64,000 nt of DNA, taken from the NCBI GenBank assembly GCA_038087875.1, contig CM075988.1, positions 12,588,001 through 12,652,000 on the forward strand, given 5' to 3'. Below the pieces are notes generated by a model. The model was not told where the DNA came from and made no database searches. It worked only from the letters and a program-made list of their open reading frames with translations. The stretch comes from Malacoraja senta (lineage: Eukaryota). Below, piece after piece: positions 22,157 through 34,959 of the stretch. The position numbers and the translations under genes were made by a program. The first letter of the stretch is position 1, and each line of letters starts with the position of its first letter.

Positions 22157-24047
22157 AAGCCCTGTCTCACTGTGCGAGTTGACCCACGAGTGACCCCGAG
22201 TGAAAGACTCGTGGTTGCGTACGAGACTCCAAGTTCATGATCAAGAGTTTAACCGAGTTCCCACGGGTATGTCTAAGTTTGCCGTTTACTTCTCATTTCT
22301 GCGATGTTCCAAGTTCGTCTCCCGAGTGTACCAAGTTCCTCTCCCGTTAATGTTGAGGCAACAATGCATCTGCTTATCTGATGGTAGATCTCAAAACTTG
22401 TCATTGAGCACATTGCATTGTCTCTTTTATTGCCTGAATTTAGGCTTGTGCATTTCTCAGCTGAATTAGTATATAGTGGAAATACTTTTATTTGTGCTTC
22501 ATTTGTTGATTTGCATGTTTGAGAAGCCCTTTTTCAGACCACTGTGTTGTTTGCTGTGGTGCTACTTTTCTCAATATGTGCAAAAAAGCATTTATGATAT
22601 TGAACAAGATTAATAAAGACTTTGTTTCTCATTCACCGTGCTGTTTTATTTTCTGATCTACTGAGAGGTGACACTTTCTAACATTTAAATAGCACAGCAT
22701 ATGAGGCACCAGAGTCCTTAATTCTCACAAATGATTGTGAGAATCAAGATGTGAATATATTTTGCCTTCCTCTATTTTGTGTTTTAGGATGAAAGGAATA
22801 TTACATTCAAGTCATGAGACTTTGTAGTGATATTAAAACGAAGACTTCCAGACATCAATTTGATCTTGATAGCAAAGAACTCTCTTTTATTGTGCAATGA
22901 AGTAAACAAACAGTGAGAATCAAACGGATTAGTAAAAAGCTTTTCAACACTTTAAGCTATTAGAAAAAGTGGGAGTATCCAAAAGATACTAAAATATGAT
23001 CAAACAGGCAAAAAACAACATAAACGTACAGATAAGAATGAACATCAGAGGGATAACGGAACTAATCTCCCAGGTCTGTCCCTTCATCAAATGGTGATTC
23101 TGCTCCACTAAGACGGCCGTCTCCATATTCAGATTGCAAAGCAGGCTGCAGCTCTGTATAACTGAGTGGTGATGGGGGGTGAAAGCAGGAATTAAATGAG
23201 AGCATGGCCAGGGTAGTGTGGGTCCATGACAATGCTGGCTGCCTCTTTGAGGCAGCACCTCCTTTAGAACCCTTTGATTCAGTAAAGTTCAGTAAAGAGA
23301 TCGGGAATCTGGCATCATGGCTTGAGAATAAAACCCAGCCTTAACATCCGCATAATGAAAGAGTTGGTGTTGTCCTATGGAACAGGGGTGCAGGAGAGGT
23401 GAACACAACCCTGTCTTCTTCAACAGCACTGGTAGAGATGGCTTCTGGACGTGACTGGCAAACCTCAGATTAGGCTGCCATGAAGTGTCATAAAATGTTC
23501 TCACGCTGTTCCTCAATACTGGTTTGTCTTAAGGTTGTGAGCTCAGTCCCAAATACACAAAATCAATATATAAACTTCAAGCAATTTTTTCTTTTCAACC
23601 CACTCTGTCACCTTATCAATAACTTGCTTAACTTTGTTAAGCAGAATTTGTCTTTAAAAAGTCTATGTTGGTGTTCCTTAACTGATCCATACTTATCCAA
23701 GTAACTGATATTTCTGTCCCTGATTATTGTTTCTAAAAAGAGTTCCCACGGTAGACTCACGAGTCACAAAGGTAAACGCACAGGCCACTACGTTCTTACA
23801 AGAAGTTTAAATGTTTCAAATTTTAACCTCAAGAGTACATTTTACTCGTGGAAAAGTTTAAACATGTTTGAACTTTTTCAAGAGTTAACAAGTTTCACGG
23901 GTACCTGCCGTTAGCGCCAAGAGTCGCTAAGTTGCGTCCACGAGTTCCGACGTTCCCGCTACGTTAATTGTACGTGATTACCACGAGTTAAATTTGTTTT
24001 AAACTCGGGGTACCTCGTGGGTCAGCTCGCACAGTGAGACAGGGGTT
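22157..24047. mobile_element. PIF/Harbinger-type TIR element with ~1.4 kb unrelated interior
   Basis: Imperfect TIRs AAGCCCTGTCTCACTGTGCGAGTTGACCCACGAG / CTCGTGGGTCAGCTCGCACAGTGAGACAGGGGTT; TTA TSD at 22154-22156 and 24048-24050. Confidence 0.8.
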
Positions 24048-25736
24048 TTAGAATCGCACACAATCCTTGCTGTATTTGGCTATGCTGTCACCTGTCTTGT
24101 GCTTCAGTATTTGTAATGTTTTCTGTCAGCATACTGCCAGCTCTCTTGGCTTTTGATAACTACTAACCTTTGCATATATGTAAACAAGTGTCTAGATGAG
24201 CAGCCAATCTCGTTCACTAAACCCCAGATTCCAGAAATATTCCAATCTCTGATTTACCCAAATTTACCAATTCTCAATTATTCAACAGCAATTTTAGCAC
24301 CATTGATAATATTCCAAAGGATTATGTTGCAAACTGCTGGTAAGGCCTCTAATGCATTCTTCAGGCCTTGAGAGCTTTAGGCCATTGCACAATATATTCT
24401 CATTGTGCAAAGAGCATCTTTACTTTGCACTGTTCTGATTTACCTGCCACAGGCAGTTCAATATATGATGTGAATACTTCATTCCATTTTCTCCATTCCA
24501 TTGGCAGGTTACTCGCATGGAAATCCCAAGGTTTGGCAGCTTTATCTGTTGTATCCTGTGCTCTCTTGACTGAACAATACCATTTTTGTTTCTCATAGAG
24601 AGAAACGTGTCCTTCGATGTATTCCTCTCTCTTTCCTCTGCCAACTGCCGTATATTTAATAATGCTTTCTTGTCCAGATATACTCTGTGCAATTAATTCA
24701 AAAGTGCCTTCCATGTTGTTCATTACTAAAATTAAATGTTCACTTACTTTGAAACAGTGATCAGATTTCAAAATAATTAATAATATGTATGAACAACTTT
24801 GCGCTCTTAACAATATGTAATGGATCTATATAATTTCTCACATTATTTTACTTTACAGCTTCCTCCATTCATATTGCCTTCAATGAAAGAAACTGAACAA
24901 ATACTTCAATGGGAAGTTTCATATTTTATTTAATTAGCTCACAGAATATGAGCATTGCTGACACTCATTGCCTATCCCCAATTGTCCTTGAGATCTGATT
25001 GACCTGCAAGGATATGAGAGTTAAATACAAATCCTTTATACCTTTTCATCCTTTACACCATACCAGTATTAACATCAGCTGCCTTAGAACAACATGCAGA
25101 TAATGTAGGAAGGAACTGTAGATGCTGGTTTAAACTGAAGATAGACACAAAAAACTGGAGTAACTCAGTGAGACAAGTAGCTTTATTGGATTTTTTTGTT
25201 GTTGCACTGAATGTGCCTGGAAAGCTGCTGCGAAGGATATAAAAACCATGACAATCCAATACAGTAAAAAAAAAGGAAGTTTTAATGGAAGTTGCATCAC
25301 TAATGTATAAAACAACAGCTTTCATCAAAAAGTGCAAGATAAGTATCAAACCTTTCAAAGCTTTCAGTATTTGAAGTTGCCATACATTTCTCGAATGCTT
25401 TTATGCTGCTTCAGTCTCATTACAATTTAAATATGTCATAAATTATATTACATATCCATGGAGACTTGCTGTCTGTAGGTGACGCCAGGTCTCACATCAC
25501 AGCAATGAATTGACAGTTCAGAATAAAAGTTACATTGCAAAACTACCTTTGAGTTTTCTGTGTAGTACTTCATGATGAGCAGCACTTACATTTCATCTTT
25601 GAGCTGGTGAATAATCAATCTGACAGTCAAGACAATGGGATTCTGACTTGCATAATCCACACTACCGTGACTAAAATTTACAACTGAAGTTGAAGCTCAC
25701 CCTTAAGGTCCCGCACTTATTTACTTTTAATTATTT

Positions 25737-26060
25737 GTGACAATGGCATTGTAGTAAGGTGGCTTTTATTGCATGTCCCTAATTTGATTGAACTCTGTCC
25801 CATTGTTGCCCATTTCTGAAGGTAAAATGTCAGTCTTTTGGGGTTCTAGCATCACAAGTGGGTTTGAAAGGGGAAGATGCTCATCTCTTAAGTGAACCAG
25901 TTAGTCAGCTGCAGCAATCTGGTATCTTCATCATCACCATTAGTATTTGTTTAATCCAGACTCCAATTAGTTGAATTTAAATGCCCATTTTTAGATTATT
26001 TAGATCATCAATGTAGGTCTTTGGATTTCTAATCCAATTATTTGATCACTACACTACCAC
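25737..26060 (-). mobile_element. Old degraded tRNA-derived SINE (second family)
   Basis: Minus strand GTGGTAGTGTAGTG...AATCCAAAGACC...ATTTAAATTCAA...CTGGTTCACT; similar tail remnant at ~24945-24990; recognised from memory of elasmobranch SINEs. Confidence 0.45.
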
Positions 26061-27483
26061 ATCACTGCTGATGCTGTTTCTTTTCTGTATTAAGTGCACT
26101 GATGTTCAGAGTGATAGCAATATCTTGTCATTCTTTTGCAGTATTTGTAATCACAGTAAAAGTGTTGCATAAATAAAAGAGCTACCTATCTATCTACAGT
26201 CAAAACCCTTGACGTTGAGCCTCCTCAACATTTGTGAACATTTGAAGTTATCTCCCATCTCTTCATTGATATTAAATTGCACATCCTGGAATTCTGTAGT
26301 ACAAATGAGGCCTTTTGGCCCATCTTATTTGTGCTGACTCCAGGAAAGGGTTCAACAGGTGACCAGCCCTTCTTTCTGGCAATTTTTTTTTCCTGCTGAA
26401 GTTGATATGCTACTTGATTGAAACCTCTAATCCTATTGATCTATCTGACTTGAACACATTAAACAATGTTTGTGAGATAATATTTTCCAACTAATTTTAA
26501 CACAAAATTCACACTCTCTGCCCCCACCCTTCTTTGCGTTAACTATATGACGCCTGGACAATAGTGTTCAGAGAACGTTTTCAAGTGTGTCTTGCGTTAT
26601 TGCTGGTTTGAATGTTAAATGGGGACATTGGCCTGAATTTTAACAGCCAGAGCATTTCCTTTGGGAATGTCTGCTATCAAATTCATTCTCCACATGCCTG
26701 ATGCAGATATAGTTTGTTTAAGTTCTGCCAGATGATTTTGTACCCATTCTAAACAAAAAAAGGCACATTGTAACTCATTGTGGCCATCCGACTGCAGACA
26801 TGGACTCAATAGGCCAAAGGGCATGTTTGTATTTCTTGCCAGCTTTATATCTCTTTGAGTGTATGACTGTTTAAGAATGAGGATCCTCTACTAAACCAAT
26901 CTCACTCCCAGGAATAGTTAGCGAGATGATGTGCTGAATTGTAGTAACAGGAAGCCAAACCATTTATCTTGGAATATTCCTGCTTCCTCTAGTCTGAAAG
27001 AAATAGTTGTGAAAGGATTACCAACTTGTTTCTTCAAGCTTTCTCTGGACCCAATTCTCTTCGCCATAATGCTGCCTTTGAGAGAAGGTTGCAACATTTA
27101 TTTTAAAGTGAAGAAAATGTGCAACATATCCAGATTTGCTGACTTTGCAAGGCTAGGTGTGAAAGTGAACTGTGGAAGAAGCAAAGGATGTAAACAGAGT
27201 AACAGAGTGGCAGATGGAGTATTCACTGAGCTCAGAAAAATTAAAATGAATTATTCAATGGCAAGAAATCAGTAAATGTTGTACAGGGGGATCTTGATGT
27301 GATGGCTTGTGAAATGAAAAAATGTTCACTTGAGAGTCCAGGGAACTACTGGGATGGTAAACGACACATTGCTCTTTATTACAAGAGGAATTATAATTGC
27401 ACACAGCTGGTATATGACTGCACTTGGAGTTGTCTGTAAGCAATTTTAGTCTTTCTACCAAAGGAAGGATATATTCAAAAGAA

Positions 27484-27725
27484 GACACCAACTACTGGAG
27501 TAATTCAGCAGGCCAGGCAGCATCTCTCGAGGACATGGATAGGTGAGGTTTTGGATCGGAACCCTCCTCCAATCTGATCCGCCTGATTCACCATTACTCT
27601 GAAGAAGGGTCCTGACCCAAAACATCACCTATCCATATTCTCCAGAGCTGCCACCTGACCCAGTGAGTTACCCCAGCACTTTGTGTCTTCTTTTGTAAAC
27701 AAGCATCTGCGGTTCTTTGTTTCTT
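27484..27725. mobile_element. Fold-back Penelope-like terminal module
   Basis: Inverted arms; + strand core CTGAAGAAGGGTCCTGACCCAAAACATC at 27599; tail AAACAAGCATCTGCGGTTC. Confidence 0.75.
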
Positions 27726-28004
27726 CATGGGGATATCCACTTGGTTTACATTCACTGATGTCTGGGATTAAGGGATCATGCAGTGTAAAGATCGAGATAA
27801 GATTGGCTGGATCTGCACTGATTTCCTTGAAGATCCTGAAAGGATTTGGCAGGTTGCTTCCAAGAGTTTAGGCCCTTCACCAATAGAATACATACAGTAA
27901 TTTCTGGATGAAGGTTTTTTGATTTAAAAGCAAGTTGGTCCATTTCTATGCACAGAGAGCTGTAAGGTTCTGGCATATTCAGTCTTACAGAACTGTTAAC
28001 ATTT

Positions 28005-28539
28005 TGGCAATGATGGTCCAATTCTACAAGGCCATCGTAGAGTCTGTTCTCACCTTCTCCATCATGGTCTGGTTTGGCTCAGCCACCAAGCACGACACCT
28101 GGAGGCTGCAGCGAATCGTCCGATCAGCAGAGAAGGTTATTGGCTGCAACCTTCCTTCCATTGATGAACTGTATACTGCAAGGGCCAGGAAGCGAGTGAG
28201 CAAGATCATCTCTGACCCCTCTCACCCTGGCCACAAACTCTTTGAGTCACTTCCCTCTGGAAGGCGACTCCGGACTGTCAAAGCTGCCACAGCCAGACAT
28301 AAATACAATTTTTATCCACGAGTAGTTGCTCTACTCAACAGCCAAAAATCTGTAGCCTCCCTTTGATCTGGTATTTTGTTGGTTCACATGCTTGATCAAT
28401 GGTGTTTTATCATTAGTGTTTTATTATTATTAATGTTTAGTGTTTTCTGAGTCATTCATAACTGTCACTGTATGTCATGTTGTTACTTGTGGGTGGAGCA
28501 CCAAAGCAAATTCCTTGTATGTGAATACTTGGCCAATAA

Positions 28540-28570
<31 letters not shown>
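28005..28570 (+). mobile_element. Rex/Babar-type LINE 3' fragment
   Basis: Open frame QFYKAIVESVLTFSIMVWFG...DPSHPGHKLFESLPSGRRLR...FYPRVVALLN; AATAAA then (CTTA)n tail at 28541-28568. Confidence 0.9.
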
Positions 28571-29213
28571 TAGTCTGAGAACAATATCCTGCACTCTGTA
28601 TCTTCCCCTTTGCTCCAACCATTGTATTTGACTTAATTGTATTTACAGATAGTATCTGTTTGGATAGTGTGTAAAACAAAGCCTTTCACTGTACCTTGGT
28701 CCACGTGACAATAATAAACCCAAACCTACATGCACACTCCCACTGTTTCCCTGGAGTCTATTTTGACCAGACGATTTCAACAGTCAGGACATATTAAGGA
28801 GAGATTTGTGAATCACGTTGTTCTGAACCACGACTAATACATTTTACTATAGCAGAATCTATTTTAATAATGCTGATGGATTGAAGGTGAATGTTGCTGG
28901 AGGGATCAGACTTCTCTCCCCTGCTATTATGGTCAAGGTGCTGAACAGCCCTCTGTAATACAATGGGGTGACCAATACTGGGATCCAATGCACTGCTGGA
29001 GATTTCAGCAGGTTAACCTCTCAAAACTCAGTCACCAGAAATACGAGGAACCATGCTGTGGAAAGCATGTGCTAAATGGGTGTTTTGGAAGAAACATAAT
29101 TGAAAACACAGAAGATAGATATTTGAATGAAAAGGTACTAAGCAGTTGTAATGCTGCCGTAGTAGTAACAAAACATTGCGTCTGGCTTTAGAGGGACAGG
29201 CATACTTGTTAAC

Positions 29214-29859
29214 CATCATCGGCGGTCATTCGAAATGAGTATGACTATCCTCTCCTCTCCATAGGGTCGTCTACTTGTGGGTCTGCAGATGTCTGTAGAG
29301 GCCGATCCGTGATCCACACACCTTGGTGCAACGTGGGGAGTGGAGACTGGCGGTGGTTGGTAGTCATCGCGCCCCCTTCTCTCTCTCTCCTTACGGTGCT
29401 GTCGCTTTGTCTCTGCGACACGGCGTAGCTCCGTTTCGTGACATGCAGCACCTTCCTGCACGGATTTCCTCCAGGAGCGCCTGTCCAGTGCACTTTGCTC
29501 CCAGTTGCTCCATGTGGAATTTCTTCAAACTGTTCTTGATGTTGTCCTTGAAGCGTTCCTTTGGCCCGCCGACCTTCCTTCAGTTGAGAGTACAGGATCT
29601 GTGTTTAGGGAGACGTGTGTTGGACATGTGGATGTCATGGCCAGTCCATTGAAGTTGGTGCTGCATTATTGTGGTGGTGATGCTGGTCATGTTGGCTTCC
29701 TCCAAAACTCTGATGTTGGTGCATTTGTCCTCCCAGCTGATCCTCAGAATCTTTCGTAAGGATCTTTGATGGTATTGTTCCAGGGTTCTCAGGTGCCTGG
29801 TGTAGGTGGTCCATGACTCGGCTCCATACAACAGGGTGGGGAGGACAACGTGGGGAGGA
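29214..29859 (-). mobile_element. 5'-truncated RTE-clade LINE
   Basis: YGAESWTTYTRHLRTLEQYHQRSLRKILRISWED..TN..VL...QWTGH; (GAT)n end; 13-bp TSD CATACTTGTTAAC at 29201-29213 and 29860-29872. Confidence 0.9.
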
Positions 29860-30951
29860 CATACTTGTTAACACCATAGTTGAAACTAGCTGATAAGCAA
29901 AATCAATCCAGGCTCTCGTTCCACAAGGAAGTCCTCCTGACATTGACCGTTGAAAGTCACGGGACCAGCACCAATCTGTTCCATCGCTCCTCTTACAGTC
30001 AAAGTCAGTAACGTTGCACTCTCAGAAACCTGGCCTCAAGATCCTTGCCAGCTGCCGCTGCTGAGATACACCACATGTGATATTTTTCCACTCGCTGCTC
30101 CATTGCAAAAGGTCACTCATTTTACCTGGCAACGTGAAAAACATAGAACAGTACAACGCAGCAACAGGCCCTTCGGCCCACCATGTCTGTGCCAAACATG
30201 ATGCCAAGATAAACTCATCTCACCTGCCTGCACGTGATCCATATCCCTCCATTTCCTGCATGTTCCTATCCAAAAATCTCTATCTCTTTATCTTGCGCAC
30301 ACCTTTGATTATTAACACTCCTTTGACAGGAGCTACAAATTAATTCCCAAAACCTCTCCAGCAATCAACCTTTTATTGTCTTTTAAAAAAATGCTCCCTA
30401 AACCAATGCTGGGAAAAAAAAATTTTGTCTGCAACTTAGTTTGCGTTATTGCACTGTCAGTTAATGCATTTAAAAAGCATCGCTTGGAATGCAAGCACTT
30501 TGTACGCTTCAAGGTTTAATATAATAAATGTGCCGCTTGCAGTAGATGTGAAAACGGCAGCTGATTTAGTGAGCAATTGGAAAGAAAATAAGACAACTCT
30601 ATGATTTTATCATGCCTCATTAGGCAACTGGAAGAACGTCAGACCTGCCAGAGTTGTTGTGTTGTCAGAAAGGCACTGAAAATACTCGTGTCTCTAAACT
30701 ACATCCCATTTTGTCACAATTTGATTTGATGCTGTGATTTCAATTCTATAGCAATAAACAATACAAATAATTGAGTTTTTCCTTTCTGGAACGCAAAGTT
30801 TCTGATTTCTCTCTCTGATCTTCCGTATACCTGAACATTTTATGCTGAGAAATGCTCAAACATGTGCTGGGGCTCTTGTGAACTCATAACAGTTTTAGCA
30901 CTTTCATTTATAATTTTAGATGTGATGTTGAGCACAATGTAGACAACTTAA

Positions 30952-31258
30952 GGGGAGCACAGTGGGGCAGCGGTGGAGTTGTTACCTCACAATGCCAGAG
31001 ACCCGGATTCGATCCTGACTTCAGATGCTGTTGTGCAGAGTTTGTACATTCTCTCTGTGACCACGTTGGTTTTCTCCAGGTGCACCGTTTTCCTCCCACA
31101 TTCAGAGGTGTGCAGGTTTGTAGGTTAATTGGCTTCTGTAAATTGTCCCTAGTGTGTAGGATTTGAAAGTGGGATAAAATGGAACTAGTGTCCGGGTGAT
31201 TAATGGTTAGTGCGGACCAGGTTAGCCATGTTGTTTACATGTTGTATCGCTAAATTAA
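30952..31258 (+). mobile_element. V-SINE
   Basis: Head with GGATTCGATCC, AGGTTAATTGG domain, CTAAATTAAA tail. Confidence 0.85.
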
Positions 31259-33097
31259 ATGGCTGTGTTTATATATTGCAATACCTAAGATAATTGGAAT
31301 GTACTGTAGCTTAGCTATTGAAACATAACACGCAAGGTTCAAGGGCATTCAGTGTGTGTGTGGAATACATTTTCATGCCTTTCACATGTGAGTGGAAAGC
31401 CCATGTTTTTGATGGGTGCCTCTTCCCAAAGTTGTTCTTCAAAGTTTCCCTAAGGCCTGATTAATTGTCATTTAAAGGGACATGCCCCAACAGGTTACAG
31501 TCCAATGATGGGAGCTTGTCTCAGGTTGATGCTCACTCACCAGGCTACACTTTGGTTACCCCATTGTTTACCCTTGCCCCAGAACCCATCACCCCCAACT
31601 ACAGCCACCAATCTCATTTGACCCAACCCTCCATTCAACACTGCACCAATCCTCCAATGCACTGACCTAACCAATGCCTTGCTACACTCCTGATCTGCTG
31701 ATCAAGGTCAATCCATTTCTTCCCGTCAATGCGTTTCATCCCAATTCCACCACTGATCATTATCCACGATGCTATCAACCAGACACTCAAGTATTGACAT
31801 CATATTTGTTCAATATTTATTGCAGGTCACAAAGTTCTCAAGTCTTCAGGGAATGAAATAGCCGTTGCCTGCTTGCAGCAAGATCTAACAACAATTAAGT
31901 AGATAATAGTCCCACCACTTTAGTAACAAGCAATGTGCATCTCCAACAGGAGAGGGTCTAAATACAGCCACGACTCAACAGGAAAAAATACACAAAGTGC
32001 TGGAGTGACTCAACGGTTCAGGCAGCATCCTTGGAGAACATGGATAGTTGATGCTTCGGGTCGAGACCCTTCTTGACACTCCATGGCTCAGCAAGCCTGC
32101 ATGAGCAGCACCTCGCAATCCATGACTTCTGCCACCAAACGCTGAGATAGAAAGCAGAAATGTTTCAGACTCATTGTGGCTTGAGCGCATGAATGAAATA
32201 GTGACTGAATGTGAATAATGAGTCTCAGCAGGTTAACGTTAGAGATTAGCCGCTATTCTTTAGATCTTATTAATAGAGCATGTTCAAAATGTTGATGGGA
32301 GACATTTTTATTTAGTCGCTCTTATTATAGTCTAATTCTCAAAGAGTCCAAATATTTGAAGATAATTTGACAGATTGAGGTGTAGTATTTGTTTGACTGT
32401 CATTATTTTCATGATGATAGAAACATACTCCGAGGGCAACAGAACAAAGCTTTCTCATTGCAATCCTAATTTTCAGTTGCATTTCTCTTCAGCCATTTAA
32501 CAATTGAAGTGACCCAGCACTCAGCACCAAGTCCAGGATGTGCTCGGGAATATTATCTGCACTTTGCCATGTTATCTTATATAATGGAGCTCGCAGAGAG
32601 AATCAAGAGAGGTAATCTGTGCAGGGAGTTATGAGCACTTAATGATCATTTGAAGATCCCAGATGATAATCTCTTATGATTGAGAATTATTGGAAAATAA
32701 TATGCGTTCACTCTGTTGGTTCCTGAAGATTTGTACATATGATTCAGCTCAGAGGAAAATTCCCCACTCTCTGATGATGTTATTTCTAAACAGCTTGGTA
32801 CCCTGGGGTTATTTAGTACAATGGTTTTATAGCACAAAAATATACATAGTGAGCTCAAATATGGTAAATATTTTGTGATAAATATTGGTGTACAATACAG
32901 AAGGGCCTGATATCTAAATGGTACCTGGACAGGTTAAAACTAATGGCACCTGGACAGGTTTAACTAATTTTAAGATTCTTCTTAAAGAGTCATCCAGCAC
33001 AGACGCTGGTCCTTTGGCCCACTAAGTCCAAGCTGACCATTGAACACCCACTTAAACCAATGTGCACTAATGCTATTTTTTTATGATCCGCGCATTG

Positions 33098-33414
33098 GGT
33101 GCCGTGGTGACACAGTTGGTAGAGCTTCTGCCTCTCAGCGCCAGAGACCCGGATTCGATCCTGACCTCGGCTGTTGTCTGTGAGCACTTTGTATGTTCTC
33201 CCTGTGACCCCACAGGTTTTCTCTGGACGTGCCGATTTCCCCCCACATCCCAAAGCCATGCAGGTTTGTGGGTTAAGTGGCACCTGGAAGTTGCCCCTGA
33301 GGTGTGTCGGAAGTGGATGCGAGAGTGGGATAACATAGAACTAGTGTGAAGGAGTGATTGAGGTTCAGCATGGACTCGGTGGGCCGAAGAGCCTGCTTCC
33401 ATGCCGTACCTCTA
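33098..33414 (+). mobile_element. V-SINE
   Basis: Head with GGATTCGATCC, CCCACATCCCAAAG domain, GGGCCGAAGAGCCTG tail. Confidence 0.85.
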
Positions 33415-33427
33415 ATGGTTCACCTCA

Positions 33428-34040
33428 ACTGTGATGGCGCACCTTTCCCTCAGCAGCAGGCTTGGCTAGCCCGCCATAGAGCCGGGAAACCCAGCCCCCA
33501 AGATGCCAGCCATGAGCCCAACGCTGCTCAGCCCTGAGGATCGGACGGTGAAGGGGTTCAAGATGGTAGAAGTAGCTGTGGATGCAAGGAACAAAGAGTC
33601 TGTAGGCGGACTGACTGCAGTAGACAGCACAGCACACCTCGACAGTGGAATCGGACGCTGGAGGCCCTGCAGGAGCCTAGGGCTCAGGTGGATCGGGCAC
33701 CGTTCGAAGAGGCCAAGCCAGCAGACTGGATGCGACCTGCAGTTCCACAGAGCAGTGAAGCAGAGGTACAGGGCACCAACAGCTAAGCTTGGCCAGGCCG
33801 ACACAGCAACATCGCCAGGACAACGGGCCTTACGGCCAGGTTAAGAACACTTTACTTACAATAACATGGGCATGAAAATGGCGCCAAATCTGGCGATTCT
33901 TGTACAATACCTCAGTGTATTATTCCAGTATACTTGTACTGAATCTAAGATGTGGTCATGTATTATTATACTTTTGCTGCACTGTAAACAAAAAATAATT
34001 TCACTGGAGTTCGGGACATGTGACAATAACGTACATTGAA
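33428..34040 (+). mobile_element. Probable non-autonomous retroposon: GC-rich body plus Rex/L2-type tail
   Basis: Ends TTTCACTG...ACATGTGACAATAA like the tail at 45863-45895; GATGGCG / AAAATGGCG motifs; no recognisable coding region. Confidence 0.5.
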
Positions 34041-34084
34041 CTCCTGCTGATCCCATCACTTAGTCAGAGCGATTTACAGTGTCC

Positions 34085-34264
34085 ACTTAATCTGCGCAAG
34101 GGCACCCAGGTCTTTGAACTTGGTATAATGTCTCAGTTTGAAAACTATCACCCCCTTTAACTCTGCAGTGGAACATCAGCCTGGATTTTATGATCAAATC
34201 CCGAGTGATTGAACTCGAAATCTGACTCAGCATGAAACCGTCTGACCACTCCGCCGAGCTGACA
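34085..34264 (-). mobile_element. Deu-domain SINE (SacSINE1/AmnSINE1-like) 5' part
   Basis: Minus strand TGTCAGCT...CTGAGTCAGA...GTTCAA...AATCCAGGCTGA..TTCCACTGCAG, matching my recollection of the SacSINE1-type head. Confidence 0.55.
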
Positions 34265-34959
34265 ATCAGCAATGATGTATCACCCGAACAGACCCGCTTT
34301 AGAAAATATTTTAATAAAATGCATTAGAAAACCAATCTGTGTGCCAGTCACCCAGATGATGAAGCCGATAGCGGTGTGCAAGTTATGTCTTTTCTTTTTT
34401 TCCCTCTCCTTACAACCGCTTGAAGGCAGGGACCTGCTGGAATATAATAATGCAGGGAATAAATAAATCTCATCCAAGACCCTAATGTTGATCTGTAATT
34501 TTCAACCAGGCAAGTAATTTCAGCTTGAGGGGTGGGGGCAGGTGGAAGCCGCAGGAGGGCATAGTCCTGTTGTTAAACAAATCTCATTTCATGCAGGGAT
34601 GCAGAAAATAGCAGATGCATTGGCTTGGGCTCAGATGAATTGCAACAATCAGGCTGTTAATTTTGGCTGAAATGACTGGCACAGAAATGTAATAGTCACG
34701 CAAGGCGTATGGCCTGATCCTGATTAATAGGGATGATTTGACCAATGCAAATAAACGAGATCTCTGAGGAAGGTTCCCGACCCGAAACACAATCCAATCA
34801 TGTCCTCATGAGATGCTGCCTGACCAGCTGAAGTAGTCCAGCATGTTGTGCCTTTTATTTAACGCAAAACATCAACATCAACAACGTGGAACTGAAATGA
34901 GCCACCGAAAGGTGGATTTTCAAATTAACCTGCAGCTATGAAACATTGGGTTTCTTTTT

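Larger units (their letters stand above)
19426..24600 (-). pseudogene. Second highly decayed Ty3/Gypsy relic, split by a hAT and a Harbinger-type insertion
   Basis: gag-like WDFHASNLPMEWRKWNEVFTSYIEL...KSEQCKVKML (24400-24540); protease-like DTGA (21982-21993); weak RT-like NADYK (~19800); PPT-like tract 19426-19440; motifs are in the expected order. Confidence 0.45.

Noticed and set aside
22760..22900. Splice-acceptor-like TTTTGTGTTTTAG/G as a captured exon
   Set aside because: All three downstream frames stop within about 40 nt and no convincing donor follows
32914..32968. 26-bp tandem duplication (similar small ones at ~12943-12985 and 63238-63290)
   Set aside because: Ordinary local slippage duplications with no further structure
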